DNA of 64,000 bases from Nemertoderma westbladi (taxonomy: Eukaryota; Animalia; Xenacoelomorpha), in assembly GCA_032718475.1 (NCBI GenBank), contig JAUCBJ010007616.1, forward strand, positions 1-64,000, in the 5' to 3' direction. Positions 1 to 11,901 of the stretch are shown in pieces. Made by a program: the position numbers and the translations under genes. A model generated the notes under the pieces. That model was not told the origin of the DNA. It was given only the letters and a program-made list of their open reading frames with translations, and made no database searches. Position 1 is the stretch's first letter. The number at the start of each line of letters is the position of its first letter.

Positions 1-742
1 ACCTAAGGGGGCGCCGCAAACATAAAGGGGGACGACAGCCCCCCTTTATTGTTTTTAAATGTCATGGTTGAATTTCATGTTTTTTCACTTAATTTGCAAA
101 ATAAAAGTACGGGGTGTTTTTTGACTTTATCAGGTACCTACTGTAGTCTGTCAGTGCTAAATCTGTCAGATGGTACGAACAGCGACGAACCGGTGTTGGT
201 TATATGAACATAACTTGACATAACTTAGCACTATAATACCCTTGGATGCAGGAACATGATCACACTTCCCATCGAGGGGAGAGGAGAGAAGGTCTATTAT
301 ATTCGGGAACATAGAGTATTTTTCTATATTTTTAAAATAATTACCCTAATCCACATAGACTCCTACAGTATATTTACAGTACAAACAGACTTCGATAGCC
401 ATCAACCACTCTAAAAGTTTTAATGTATTTATATAGAATATTTTGTATTTTGTTTTATACTTATTATACATAATACACATAACTGTGATCAAACTGTGAT
501 CAAACTGTGATCAAACATTTCTTAAAACATCCATCCAGGTATGTGGAATGCCAATCCGTGGCCGTGGACATTCCATTGGATGTCCCGATGGCCTAAATAA
601 AGGTACATTGTAAATATTATCGTAACAGTAATTTTATCTTAATAGGAATTACGAACATTAAAAATTGAATGAGGGGGGGGGGGGGGGGGGGGGGGTGTAC
701 ACCATTTAGGTCCAAATTATGTCGAAATTACAGTATTATGAT

Positions 743-1286
743 ACTACTAGGATCGGCATGCTGCATTGCAGCTGCATTTTGAAGAATGCTGTGCCGGCTT
801 GTCAACAAAATTGCGCCGCCACAACTCCCTATCACCCATGACATTTGCTAGATCATCCGCATCTTTAAGGCCAGTGTCCTTTAAGATGCGTCTCAAGAAA
901 GTCATGGGCTGTCCACCATGCTTATTCACTCCATGAGGCTGCCAAAGTACAAGATTATGCACTGGCTGGTCCTCACGGCGAAAGCAATGTCCTGCAAAGC
1001 GGAGGCGATTTTGTTCTAGTGTCAAGCTTGGGGGAACCAATGAGACACCTCCAATGTTATATATTGTCTGGTTGGAGATGTGTGCATTGTACTTGACACA
1101 ATGTACCCGGCGTAGCATTCTTGTGAATGTGCCATCCAGAGATTTGGTGTCCTCAGCAGTTAGAGCCCAGCATGGACTCCCGTAGAGGAGTACTGGAACT
1201 ACTGCTGCTCTAAATAATCGGACCTTAAGTTTCCGATTAATTCTAGGTGACTTCCAAATCCTGGAAAGCCTATTCAAGGCTGCCCA
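743..1286 (-). mobile_element. 5'-truncated RTE-clade non-LTR retrotransposon (C-terminal end of ORF2)
   Basis: ORF 747-1277 has KVRLFRAAVVPVLLYGSPCW...RLRFAGH...DRELWR, typical of RTE C-termini; short TAG-repeat tail; flanked by the direct repeat ATTATGAT (735-742 and 1287-1294). Confidence 0.85.
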
Positions 1287-1726
1287 ATTATGATGATTTA
1301 TTATAATGCATGATTCAATGGGGTTTCCAAATCTGAAAACCGCTATTTAATATATATTTTACGTTTAATGTTATAAAAATTTCCATTTTGGGAGACTTAT
1401 TGAAATTACTAATACCATGTATAATGAAAGGTCTATCTACAGTATATCTCCAAATATTTTTTTCTGGAAATTGTCTACTTCAAAACCCTACTACTTCTAC
1501 AATTTTTGAGCAACTGAAATTTCTGTGGTTGTCTACATAGCAACCCTGCATAAAAATATCAGACAACGTTTTGAGATTTTTAGTTAATACAATTTAATAC
1601 TGTCAGTATTAATCTGATAGCGTACATCAAATTGATACCGTACAGCATCAATTTGCAGCGCCACCTAGCGGTGTAGGTTCATTTTCACAAAATTTCGTCT
1701 GATAGATATGTTATATGTTGCCCCAT

Positions 1727-1972
1727 ACGGTGGCTGAATTGTGCCACTTAATACTTTTTTTTTATTTTTTTTTTGAAGCGACTTTTTGGTCGACCAAAAA
1801 GTACTTTTTGGTCGACCAATAAGTCGACTTTTTGGTCGACCAATAAGTCGACTTTTTGGTCGACCAAAAAGTACTTTTTGGTCGACCAATAAGTCGACTT
1901 TTTGGTCGACCAAAAAGTCGCTTCAAAAAAAAAATAAAAAAAAAGTATTAAGTGGCACAATTCAGCCACCGT
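1727..1972. mobile_element. Palindromic MITE with ~75-bp TIRs and internal ~21-bp tandem repeats
   Basis: acggtggctgaattgtgccacttaatac... at the left and its exact reverse complement at the right; interior is repeated actttttggtcgaccaa(a/t)aagt; splits the host element between ccccat and ccttgatc. Confidence 0.8.
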
Positions 1973-2741
1973 CCTTGATCTATCATATAAAAAAACTTTA
2001 CTTTAATACGCTCTAAGATTCGCCATCTCAGATTATATTGTAGTTAATTTAAAATTCCCAGTTAACTGCACTCCTAACAAACTTACAATATGTTACTGCT
2101 GAGCGTCACTAGGCAACAGATAATCATTAACATCACTATCATCATTCATTAACATCTGGTGGTACGGGTGATACCAAGGCCAACTAAACAAGTTATTTAA
2201 CAGTATTAAACAGTTATTTAGATGGCCTTGGGTGGGGGTGGTACCAAGGACTACTATACTGAGTATCGTAGTCCTTGGGTGGTACTGATTATCTGACACT
2301 GACAGTTGTTAAGTACTGAAGTACCCGCCTTGCTTTTAACATTATCGTACCGGAGGACATTGTCAGACTGCGTTATACGTTACTGCGTTACCGCTGACCG
2401 GTATGATTTCGCAACGTATTCAGTACTATTAATATTGTGCAGTATCGTTATTGTTAATGTTGATTTTATGATATGCGTCGCAACACACATTTATTCTACA
2501 ATTTAATTCATATATTACTGTATTAGGCCTATTGTTATTATTTTGTACGATGTTGATGTTCTTAGGGTGCCGTGCCCTCGCAGCCTTGTGCAGTTCCAGT
2601 AGCCTATAGTATGAAAAACATACCACAACTGTAATTAGCTGAAATTACATGCGATGTTAATATTTCATACCGGCATATAGACAAAGACATTCATAGACAT
2701 TCATTGCCTTTCCGTGGGTACGTGTGTCGTTCAGTCGTTCG

Positions 2742-3989
2742 ATGTCTACAGTAATAGTTCAGGTTGGGCAATGCGGTAACCAGATTCTCCAGCCCTTCTG
2801 GGAGTCGGTCTCCACCGTATTAACACACCAATCCGTGGCCAACACGTACACGACCCTAGACGGTAAATACCGCAGTGTCAACATCGATTCTGAAGGTAAA
2901 GTAGTCAAACCGCTTCTCCGTAAATCCAACTTCCGGGACGAGAACATCGTATCTGGACGCCGAGGACGGGGCTCCAACTGGGCGATGGGTTACCACGAGG
3001 ATATAAACTGCGCATCGGCGACTCCCAGACACTCAGACGCCAGTTTATCCTCGATCGCTATCGACGCGATCCGGAAGGAAGCCGAGCGCTGCCCGGCGTT
3101 CAGCGGGTTCATTTTGTCCCATAGTTTGAGCGGGGGTACCGGTTCCGGGCTGGGTTCCAAACTCCTCCAACTGCTTCGGGATGAGTTCCCCTTGTCGTTC
3201 ATTCTCTCGGTGTCGGTGGCGCCCCATCGCGCTGGAGAGAGTCCCACACAACATTACAACGCGCTCCTCACTCTCGCGGCTTTACAAAACTACGCCGACG
3301 GAATTATTCTAGTAGAAAACGACGATATCCTTGCTCGAACTTCTCGCGATTCTATCCGCCGATCTTCCCAATCTTCCTTCTTCTCGATGAACTCCGTTAT
3401 CTCGCAGAACCTATCCGGTTCCCTATTCCCGATAGAGACCCCTTCGGCTCGGAACCAACGAATAGGTCTCGAACCCTGGGAATTGATTCGTTCCACCTGC
3501 CCCATGCCCCAACTCAAGTTCCTCCACCAGTCCCACGTGTCGCAACGTCTGTCCACGTGGCCTCGTCTCGCGTCCAGACTAGCGAAGTCCTCGCAACGTT
3601 TCGATCGCGGCCCCGTTCCGTGGTCTACGGTTGCCTCTACGATCTGCGCCCGGGGCGGTGCCCCAGCCCTGTTCCACTCCGCCCTCCCCCAGATCTCCAG
3701 TAGATCTCGCGATAGCCTCGGCTGCGTGGGGTGGAACCCGTTCCCCGTAGACTTTCTGTTCTCGTCGCGTTCCCTGATGCAGAAGGACATATCCTCGCTA
3801 ACAGCCACTATAAATAGTTCTAGAATTACAAACTTTATCGACGACATTGCCGACACTAGTTGGGCCCAATTCAACGAGAAGGCTTACCTTCACTGGTACT
3901 ACCGGTACGGATGCGAGGAGGAGGATTTCCATTCGGCGTTTCGGACTTTGGGGAACGTTGTAGCCGATTATAACGAAGCTGTTAGGTAA
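2742..3989 (+). CDS. Zeta-tubulin (delta/zeta tubulin class), single coding exon, ~415 aa
   Basis: MSTVIVQVGQCGNQI start, GRRGRGSNWAMGY, SGGTGSG tubulin signature, GESPTQHYN, EPWELIRSTCPMP, WNPFPVDF, AYLHWYYRYGCEEEDF; ATG at 2742 preferred over the GTG at 2724. Confidence 0.85.
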   Translation: MSTVIVQVGQCGNQILQPFWESVSTVLTHQSVANTYTTLDGKYRSVNIDSEGKVVKPLLRKSNFRDENIVSGRRGRGSNWAMGYHEDINCASATPRHSDASLSSIAIDAIRKEAERCPAFSGFILSHSLSGGTGSGLGSKLLQLLRDEFPLSFILSVSVAPHRAGESPTQHYNALLTLAALQNYADGIILVENDDILARTSRDSIRRSSQSSFFSMNSVISQNLSGSLFPIETPSARNQRIGLEPWELIRSTCPMPQLKFLHQSHVSQRLSTWPRLASRLAKSSQRFDRGPVPWSTVASTICARGGAPALFHSALPQISSRSRDSLGCVGWNPFPVDFLFSSRSLMQKDISSLTATINSSRITNFIDDIADTSWAQFNEKAYLHWYYRYGCEEEDFHSAFRTLGNVVADYNEAVR

Positions 3990-4496
3990 CACAAGTTGTG
4001 GAGTTGTTGGGGGTCTTTTTGAATTTTTGGTTAATTATTTCAGTAATTCGTAAATATTTTTCTACAGTGCGTGATGCAATGATGTTTGCAATTGCCTTAT
4101 TATCAAATACTACTTTATATCATTACTACATTACAACCTTAAATCTTTCGGCGGGGAGATTTTCATTTCAGCTGGGGAGATGGAAATGGGGGGGGGGGGG
4201 GGGGGGGGGGGGGTCTCGAAGATTAACCTATTTGTTTTGTTTTCGACAAAATAATAGAACAAATTTCACAATGAAAAAAAAATGACTTTTTTAAACGGAT
4301 TATTTTACTCCAAAACCGACGGAGTGAAAAAATATTTAAAACCTAATTAATACAGTAATATTATAACTATTTAACAATTTAATTAACTATACAAACAGCG
4401 TAATAACTTATTGTACCTATAGTTTGTTCAACATTATTCCTAGACTAAATATTATTCAATGAGGTACATTGTAGGAAGTCCCTATCTAATAAGGTG

Positions 4497-4723
4497 TTAT
4501 TTCGGAGGGAGAACATTGTCCTTAAACTGTCCAATCATATTCCCCGCTGGATGGTAATTTGCAACCACGATCACCTTGCCATCTTTGGTCGTTGCCCTGC
4601 CGATACCTACAGACTTGGAAGACTTCCATACCATAGCCGTAAAGTGTCCGGTACCAGGTTGGTGGTCACCCCCGTATTGGAAGTTGGAATTCTCGTTGTA
4701 CCACATCACAGCAGCATCCTTAC
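4497..4723 (-). CDS. GLIPR2: GAPR-1/GLIPR2-like CAP-domain protein, last coding exon
   Basis: GKDAAVMWYNE...GHFTAMVWKSS..VGIGRA...VVANYHPAGN..GQFKDNVLPPK; AG acceptor at 4725-4724 is phase-compatible with the donor at 7018. Confidence 0.9.
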
Positions 4724-4932
4724 CTTAATAACCAAAATAAACTGATCAATTAGTAACGATAACATTAAACCATGACATCCGCTGGCGAGGTTCTAATGAA
4801 ACAATATGGATATATTAACTTGTTAAAAATTAAATCCGTGACCGGCATTCGAACCAGAGACCTATATCCACGATATGGTGCTATCCATTGTTCATATTCG
4901 AGTACCAGTGTTAAATATAGGACTTCGACATT

Positions 4933-5572
4933 ATAGTAACGTACTGTAATAGTAACGTCCTGTAATAGTAACGTCCTGTAATAGTAACGTCCTGTAATAG
5001 TAACGTCCTGTAATAGTAACGTACTGCAATAGTAACGTACTGCAATAGTAACGTACTGTAATAGTAACGTCCTGTAATAGTAACGTCCTGTAATAGTAAC
5101 GTCCTGTAATAGTAACGTCCTGTAATAGTAACGTACTGCAATAGTAACGTACTGCAATAGTAACGTACTGCAATAGTAACGTACTGTAATAGTAACGTAC
5201 TGTAATAGTAACGTCCTGTAATAGTAACGTCCTGTAATAGTAACGTACTGTAATAGTAACGTACTGTAATAGTAACGTACTGTAATAGTAACGTCCTGTA
5301 ATAGTAACGTCCTGTAATAGTAACGTCCTGTAATAGTAACGTACTGCAATAGTAACGTACTGCAATAGTAACGTACTGTAATAGTAACGTCCTGTAATAG
5401 TAACGTCCTGTAATAGTAACGTCCTGTAATAGTAACGTCCTGTAATAGTAACGTACTGTAATAGTAACGTACTGTAATAGTAACGTACTGTAATAGTAAC
5501 GTACTGTAATAGTAACGTACTGTAATAGTAACGTACTGTAATAGTAACGTACTGTAATAGTAACGTACTGTA
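4933..5572. repeat. 16-bp minisatellite (~40 copies) in the GLIPR2-like intron
   Basis: unit tg(t/c)aatagtaacgt(a/c)c. Confidence 0.97.
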
Positions 5573-6547
5573 TTGGTTTTATAGGAAATCTATTGACATT
5601 TTAAATTAGCTAATTTATAAATTTTGATAGCGTTGCTTTAATGTACCGATATACTGTATGCTAATCTGGATAGTTTGTTTTATGAACGAGCTAATGAACT
5701 AATAGTTAAGTCAATCTAGCGAAACAGAGGGGGTTGTCCAAAACTAAACATTTTTGATTCTACATTATTTTGCTAATACCACCAAAAAAGTCTACAAATA
5801 TATATTATGCGGATCATTTTCAATACCATGCTTCTTTCCTTACCGTGAGGAACACGGGGTTTATTTGTGGGATTTTCCCCAAGTTTGGTCGGGCAGACAA
5901 TCTTTAGTCCAGTTACTATCGAAGACTGAACTATTTACTCTAGATAGTTCGATTTAGTTTCCAGAGCATCGGAAATTTGTCTAATAATTTAACAATTTTT
6001 AATACCAATTTTAATGTTACAATATAAGGGAGCTTATTTACACAACTTCTCTACTAAAAGGGGGGATGTAACCTTCCTCATCGGATTTGTCAACCTCAAA
6101 AACCTTTATCCCCAAAATTTCTTTTTTACATCAGTTACCTTAATATATCGTGCCATTTTTGATATATTTAAAAAGTGGATGCGACTTATAGTCACTTAAA
6201 TAATATGTATCGAATTCGATTCAGGGTTAAAATACTGTAGTATTGTTCAATTATCTGGCCGAATACTGCCGGACAATTGAACTATCCGGTCGGATGCCGG
6301 ATAATTGAACTACAGAATTCGGCCGGATTCTATATCCGGTGCATCCCTAATAATAACATTGTAAAGAAAATTTGGAAACCCACATATTTTTATTCAAGAG
6401 ATTTTATGAAATGTGAAGCTGGGATAGTTTAACTTCACTGTTACAGTACTTAGTGGAGTGGTTGAGTCAGAAGTTTAAAAAAAGTGCCGCTCGTTCATAT
6501 CTCAGCTATCACCTTTCCATCACTACCAATAACCCATCATAATAGTA

Positions 6548-6753
6548 ACTACTACTATAATCGGCAATCCGCTTGGCCTGCTGCATTGCAGCTGCACATT
6601 GAGATGCTATTCCGGCTTAACAAAACATTTTGTCACCACCATGCAATCCAGAATTGGTAAGCCCAATGCAGCGTGCGATATGCCGACTTGTCAACCAAGT
6701 TGCACCACAACTCCCTATCAACCATGACTTTCGCGAGATTATCCGGATCTTAA
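6548..6753 (-). mobile_element. Degenerate 3' end of the same RTE family as 743-1286
   Basis: ctgcattgcagctgca and ccacaactccctatca.ccatgac shared with 761-867. Confidence 0.65.
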
Positions 6754-7018
6754 TAATATTGAAGGAGACAGATACCTTTATTGAAACGTACAGCAGGTAA
6801 ATCTTGGAAACAAAAATTAATATTCTGACTCACCAAGTAAAAAGTCGGGAGTTCCAACTTTATATGTTTTAAATTTCATGCGATCTTAATATAGAATCAT
6901 TTGCTAGGCCCTACGCCTACAGTATGCTATTTTGTAATGTTACAGAGGTATCAAACCATTATGTACAGTAGTGTAGTATTTTGCTATTATTTAATTTGAT
7001 AATTAATTGTTCTAGAAC

Positions 7019-7244
7019 CTGTAAATTCCTTCCCCGAGCTATCGTAATGTGAGGCTATATTCTCGCCGAACTCTTTGGTTCCACTGTGTCCGAATTGGTT
7101 GTTCTTGGCCAGTTTCGACGCGTGTCTTTGCGCGTGATTCGCAGCTCGTTTGTTCCATTTCAGCTTCTGTGCTCCGTGTTTCGGTCTCACCTCATTATGG
7201 TAATTTAGGCACTCTCTCTTGAAACCACTGGGACCACCACCCAT
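7019..7244 (-). CDS. GLIPR2: GAPR-1/GLIPR2-like CAP-domain protein, first coding exon
   Basis: MGGGPS (MGxxxS myristoylation consensus), FKRECLNYHNEVR.KHG, HS, GENIA; GT donor at 7018-7017; spliced CDS 453 nt = 150 aa; an AG acceptor just upstream of the ATG (7251-7250) implies a 5'UTR exon. Confidence 0.88.
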
Positions 7245-8823
7245 TTCTCCTGTAAATGGACATTAAATACCCGAGTTTTTTTTTATCTTTTTACATTGTA
7301 AATACAGTCGGCTAATTAATATTCCGCCTCAATGTTAATTATCAATTAAGGGGGATGAGCAGGTTTCAGTGGTGCGTTATTCCAACCAAAACAATTAAAT
7401 ATAATAGGTTGTAGTGTAATAGGTTCTAACAGGCCTGTAGTTATTTATAATGTTATTTAAATATCTGTTATTTCAATCAATTTTCCCCTGGCGAGGGATG
7501 AATTTTGATGTGAGTCATGTGTCGTTTTCTATCTGATTATTGTGTCTGTGACGGGATCTACGGATCCCGATTTATCCGTTTGGGTCTTCAATCTACGCGT
7601 CCCCGCCGTGTATGTGAAAAGGTTCGTTAAGAGTTCTGATGTTCGATAATATGTATAAAGCAGTAAAGGTATAATATAATTGATATAGCACAGTTGAATG
7701 TATGACACGGTTACCGGTAGATAAGTATTACATAAAGTGGCGGTAGCGGATGGTGATAGAAGTTCCCGTTCCGCCCTGACTGCACTGACTAGCTAAAGTG
7801 AATGAATAACATAGTTACTGGTAATATATTGCACCGGTTGGCCGCATTACATTACTCAGCCGATGCCTTCCCCCCATTGGCTAATAACTCACTTCTCACC
7901 CTCCCATCTCCCTGGGAGTACTTCCCCCCCGCTGCTGTCTCTCTCTCCCTCCCGGAGGTGTAACCTCTGACCCCCGCTGTGTGTGTTCCCTTTGGGGCCT
8001 GTTGCCCCCGCTTATTGGGGTGACACGAGGTTGATTGGTAATCAACCTCGTGCTTCCAATATTGCTTAAAACCAACTTTGTGTGGGCCTGGTTAGCGGAA
8101 TTGAATATGCTAACACTCCCCCCCATGCTATCTTCCTGGTGAGAAGATAGCATCCACCTCTAGTGCGCTACAATTCCGCTGGATCTCGACCTAGCATCGA
8201 GTGTGGGGTGGAACTATTTTTTCGGAGCCGGCTTTCCAGACCGCCCCCTATGGGTATGATATCGCTACCCTGTTTACCTGGCGTCCCATGTCGGGCCGAT
8301 CGTGCGCTCCTCTCACACGACTTTTGTTTCCCCAACACTTTCACCACTAACTCTACTCTGTTCTCACCCTGACTCTCCTCTACTTCTCCTCACTTCCGCT
8401 CTAACTCGCGGACTTCCCTGTCCCTCACTCAGCCTCTTATTCCTCCCCCCCCACACTTGAATTGCACCCGCACTCTCTCCGCACTACAACTCAACCCCTA
8501 TCTCTCCCACTCACTCCCAACGAGTTTCACCCCCCTCCTGTGCCGTCGCACTCAAGAAGGGTGATGTCGCCCAGTGTCTCGTCCGTGATAGTATTATAGT
8601 CTATTGGTCCCCAGTCCCAGTAGCTAATTGGTTGGTTGGAAGGTTAGGTTAGAAGGTTGTGTGACTATAGTACTTACTTTGATTGTATTTACTTTCTAAA
8701 CTAATAATGATTACTACGTACGTACATACTAATTGCACTTTTCAATTATTTAAATTACTTGAATTCGTACTTAGGAGTTCGCACGTCTCGCGTGGTGCCT
8801 TCCAGGCATATTACACGGATGTC

Positions 8824-9624
8824 TTAGTTCGTTCCACCTGCCTTTGGGAACCACCTCAACTCTTCCCCTCTATCGTCCTCCTCCCTTGGTCGTTTCCTGG
8901 TTGCTGCCGCTCCTTTGGTCTTATCTCCCTTCAGGCTCCTGACCCTCGCCGTCACCTCTTTACTAATCCCGGTCGTCGACTCCTTGGGCGCCGGTGTTAT
9001 CAGCTCCCGGTATCGCTTCGCGGGTGGCCCCTCCGAGTGGCCCTGTTGTCTCCCCCTGGTGGCGTCCCATAGGATCACTTTCATCGCCCATGGCACATGC
9101 TCCGCCAAGAAATCCCTGAACTCTCCTCTGTTCTGTGTCGTCCACCTGTCCAAATACCTCTGCGTATTTATCACTCCGGCATACGACGCCGCCGTCGCCA
9201 CTTCCTGGTAGGTAAACGATAGCCTCCGTTTGATAATCTCCATGTGGGCCTCCTGATTGATGTCAAAGAAGCCCCACCGGAACTCCTGGGCCTTCATACG
9301 TTGCCGGGTCATGGCCCCGACGTCGGCCCACTCCTCGAAGATCCTAAACTTCTCTTCGTCGTCCATCCAGTCGCACTGGCGTCCGTAGTGTCCCCGAAAG
9401 TTGCACTTCGAGCACCGGTTGTGCAACCGTGGACACGCCCCCATCCTGTGGCTCGACTCGCGGCAGTAGAGACAACTAGTTCCTTTCTGGAACCGGTACA
9501 AACAGCTCCTTTCCTGGTGGGTCTGTCTCCCACAGTAGTCACAGCCGAGCACCAATGTCTCCCGCCCCACGTCGTCTTTCGTCCCAAGCGATCTCCGCGG
9601 TCTGTGGAGTCGCTGGTAAGCGAA
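8824..9624 (-). CDS. ORF with three CX2CX4HX4C zinc knuckles, no ATG start; probably retroelement-derived
   Basis: CDYCGRQTHQERSC, CLYCRESSHRMGAC, CSKCNFRGHYGRQC; sits in a GC-rich island (~7550-9690). Confidence 0.55.
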   Translation of the reverse strand, partial: FAYQRLHRPRRSLGTKDDVGRETLVLGCDYCGRQTHQERSCLYRFQKGTSCLYCRESSHRMGACPRLHNRCSKCNFRGHYGRQCDWMDDEEKFRIFEEWADVGAMTRQRMKAQEFRWGFFDINQEAHMEIIKRRLSFTYQEVATAASYAGVINTQRYLDRWTTQNRGEFRDFLAEHVPWAMKVILWDATRGRQQGHSEGPPAKRYRELITPAPKESTTGISKEVTARVRSLKGDKTKGAAATRKRPREEDDRGEELRWFPKAGGTN

Positions 9625-9700
9625 CTACTGTAACTAACTACTGTGCAACTACTGCTGGTAAGTGGAATACTTGACCGCGCACTTTTCTCCAACCATCATA

Positions 9701-10410
9701 CAGTACAGGCCACCAGAAAAACCAGATCTCATCCAATGTGATCACATGTGAACACATTTGTTCAAGTCATCTGATTGGCAGGTTATGGCAAGTTATCTTC
9801 TAGATCAAACAGCAGGAGGCTAACTTGCTGGGACAGACAAAAGCTTTGTGTGCGGTGCGCCTGTATGTCTGATATCAGGTAGATGAGAGAGCCCCCAGGG
9901 CGTAACATTGCGGACATGGGCTGTATTGGTATAGAGAGAACTACATACTGTACAAGACCACATGGAGGTTCATGGAGTGTATGGGAGTGGATGGGTGGGT
10001 ATGTGGATGGAGGAGCCTAGACCATTGAATAATTAATTTAGTGCAGGGAGATGTCGCGCCATTAGTCTGACACCGAGAGGGCACAGAGAAACACCAGAAG
10101 ATGCCTTAACATCACTAACTATAGGCCTGCCTACTAGACACTATTAACCCCACACTATAAAGGCAAACAAAATCCTTATCGCATTTCCAGCTGCAGTGAG
10201 TGACAGTTAGCGGCAAACTACAGAGAGTTTCCAGATTACTAAGCTTTTCAAAAGTATTCAATTGTATGCTTTGGCGAAAAAAATTTGGTTGTTGTTGCCA
10301 ATTCAATTATGTTCAATTGTCCCGTTCGACAACATTACATTACACTGGTACACATTTGATAAAATGTGTTCACAATTGTACAAATCTGCGTTTTCTGGTG
10401 GCCTGTACTG
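9701..10410. mobile_element. Tc1/mariner-type MITE, copy 1
   Basis: TA|cagtacaggccaccagaaaa ... ttttctggtggcctgtactg|TA; termini shared with 15531-17491. Confidence 0.85.
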
Positions 10411-11901
10411 TAATTCTTATTAAACCTTTTTTCAAGACCAAAAACGTCTCATTAAAACTTCTCAATAAAGGATAGGAATCTTTTATTTTAATATGTACCG
10501 GTATGCTAAATTAAACTAAATCCTGAAGATTTGGACATTATTTTCCGTTCGTGCGTCGTCGTACCTACACAAACAATAAGTGTGAGACTTATTGTAGATA
10601 TACATTTCTGCAAACACTCAAATACTTTCAGTTTAAGACATCCCTATTAACCTATTCCTTTACTTTGGCATTACAGTATATGAATGTATAATTAATGTTA
10701 TTTAATGTTAATTAAAAAAAGGCATTATTATTTTATTTATTTATTTCAAACATTATCATTATTGTTTTGTGGAAGTTCACCCATGGTGGTGAAATAACAG
10801 GCATTCCTGTGTCTACAGTAAAAAAAGATTCTCCCATTAAATTGGTTTATTTCGCGAAATTTGCTAAAAATGTTTAATAAATGTTTTAATTTCGTAATAA
10901 ATATCGCCTAAGTTTGGTTTATTAGCTTTCTCATTACAGTACTTATTATAAACAAATTAAATAAAGGTAAATACGTATGCCAGTCGTATTTGGGGTTCTC
11001 GCTCCCTGATAGAACAAAATATAGATTAAATTTATTATTTATTTAATTTAATTTGCCACTATGGGTGATCTTGCAATTAATAAATAATATATGTAGGCGC
11101 TACTAACCTGATATGTTTTTATAAATTAGATAAATTATCCTTTATTATTTATCCAAAAGGTTTATACTGTATAAATACTGTAAGCGTATACCAATTTCAC
11201 ACACAATAATTATTATACTGTATCTATAATATAAATACTAATAATTGAGTTATATGCCTAAACTTCAGTTTCGCCTCTTATATTGGCTCTCGTTTGTAGG
11301 ATTATTCCATTAGTTGGACGCAGTTTTACAATTTGGCAACGCTTGTGAATTCGACCACTTGAACGAGTCAACAAACAGTAATATATTTATCTACCATTAC
11401 CGTAGCCTAAGTTATCTTTGGACTACTATACTAAAACGATACGGAAGTTGTTAAGATATTGTGTTCTCATAACGGAGGTAATTGGGTTTCATAATGTTCT
11501 ACTGTAAGATCTGATTTACTTTGCTTATCTATGGATATTATAAAGTCCATTATTATATGGATATCCAGGATTTCAGTGCCTCGATGTCAGGACAGCGATT
11601 GTTAAACACTGCAGTCGCCATGTGCACCAAGTCGTACAATTACGTAAGACTAATTAATCTATATTGGTGACGTGGTTGGTTGGACCCAGTGAGCAGTGAG
11701 GGCCACCCCATATGGAATTTTCAACCTGTCCCGTCCCTTTAATATTTGGGACAAGCCTTTAAAAAGGGACAGCATTCGCAAAGCATTCCTATAACATCGT
11801 CAGGCGAGGATCAATTTTGGCATATCGTTTCATGTACAACTTTATTAGCATAAAACACGAACCAAAGCTATTAATATAATAGTTCGATTTGACAACAAAA
11901 A

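Larger units (their letters stand above)
672..2015 (-). mobile_element. Non-autonomous Kolobok-like TIR element (same family as 17710-18415, opposite orientation), interrupted by two younger insertions
   Basis: 693-729 (gtgtacaccatttaggtccaaattatgtcgaaat), 1300-1726 and 1973-2000 match the reverse complement of 17940-18395; poly-G terminus. Confidence 0.7.

Noticed and set aside
1665-2016. Short ORFs on both strands
   Set aside because: Products of the palindromic MITE's internal repeats
2759-3992. Antisense ORFs over the tubulin gene
   Set aside because: Shadow ORFs of a GC-rich coding sequence with no recognisable motifs
4830-4910. Second tRNA/SINE-like segment (minus strand GGTTCGAATGCC)
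   Set aside because: Only a B box is clear; too degenerate to call
4765-5365. Repetitive ORFs (YVTITGRYYY...)
   Set aside because: Translation of the 16-bp intronic minisatellite
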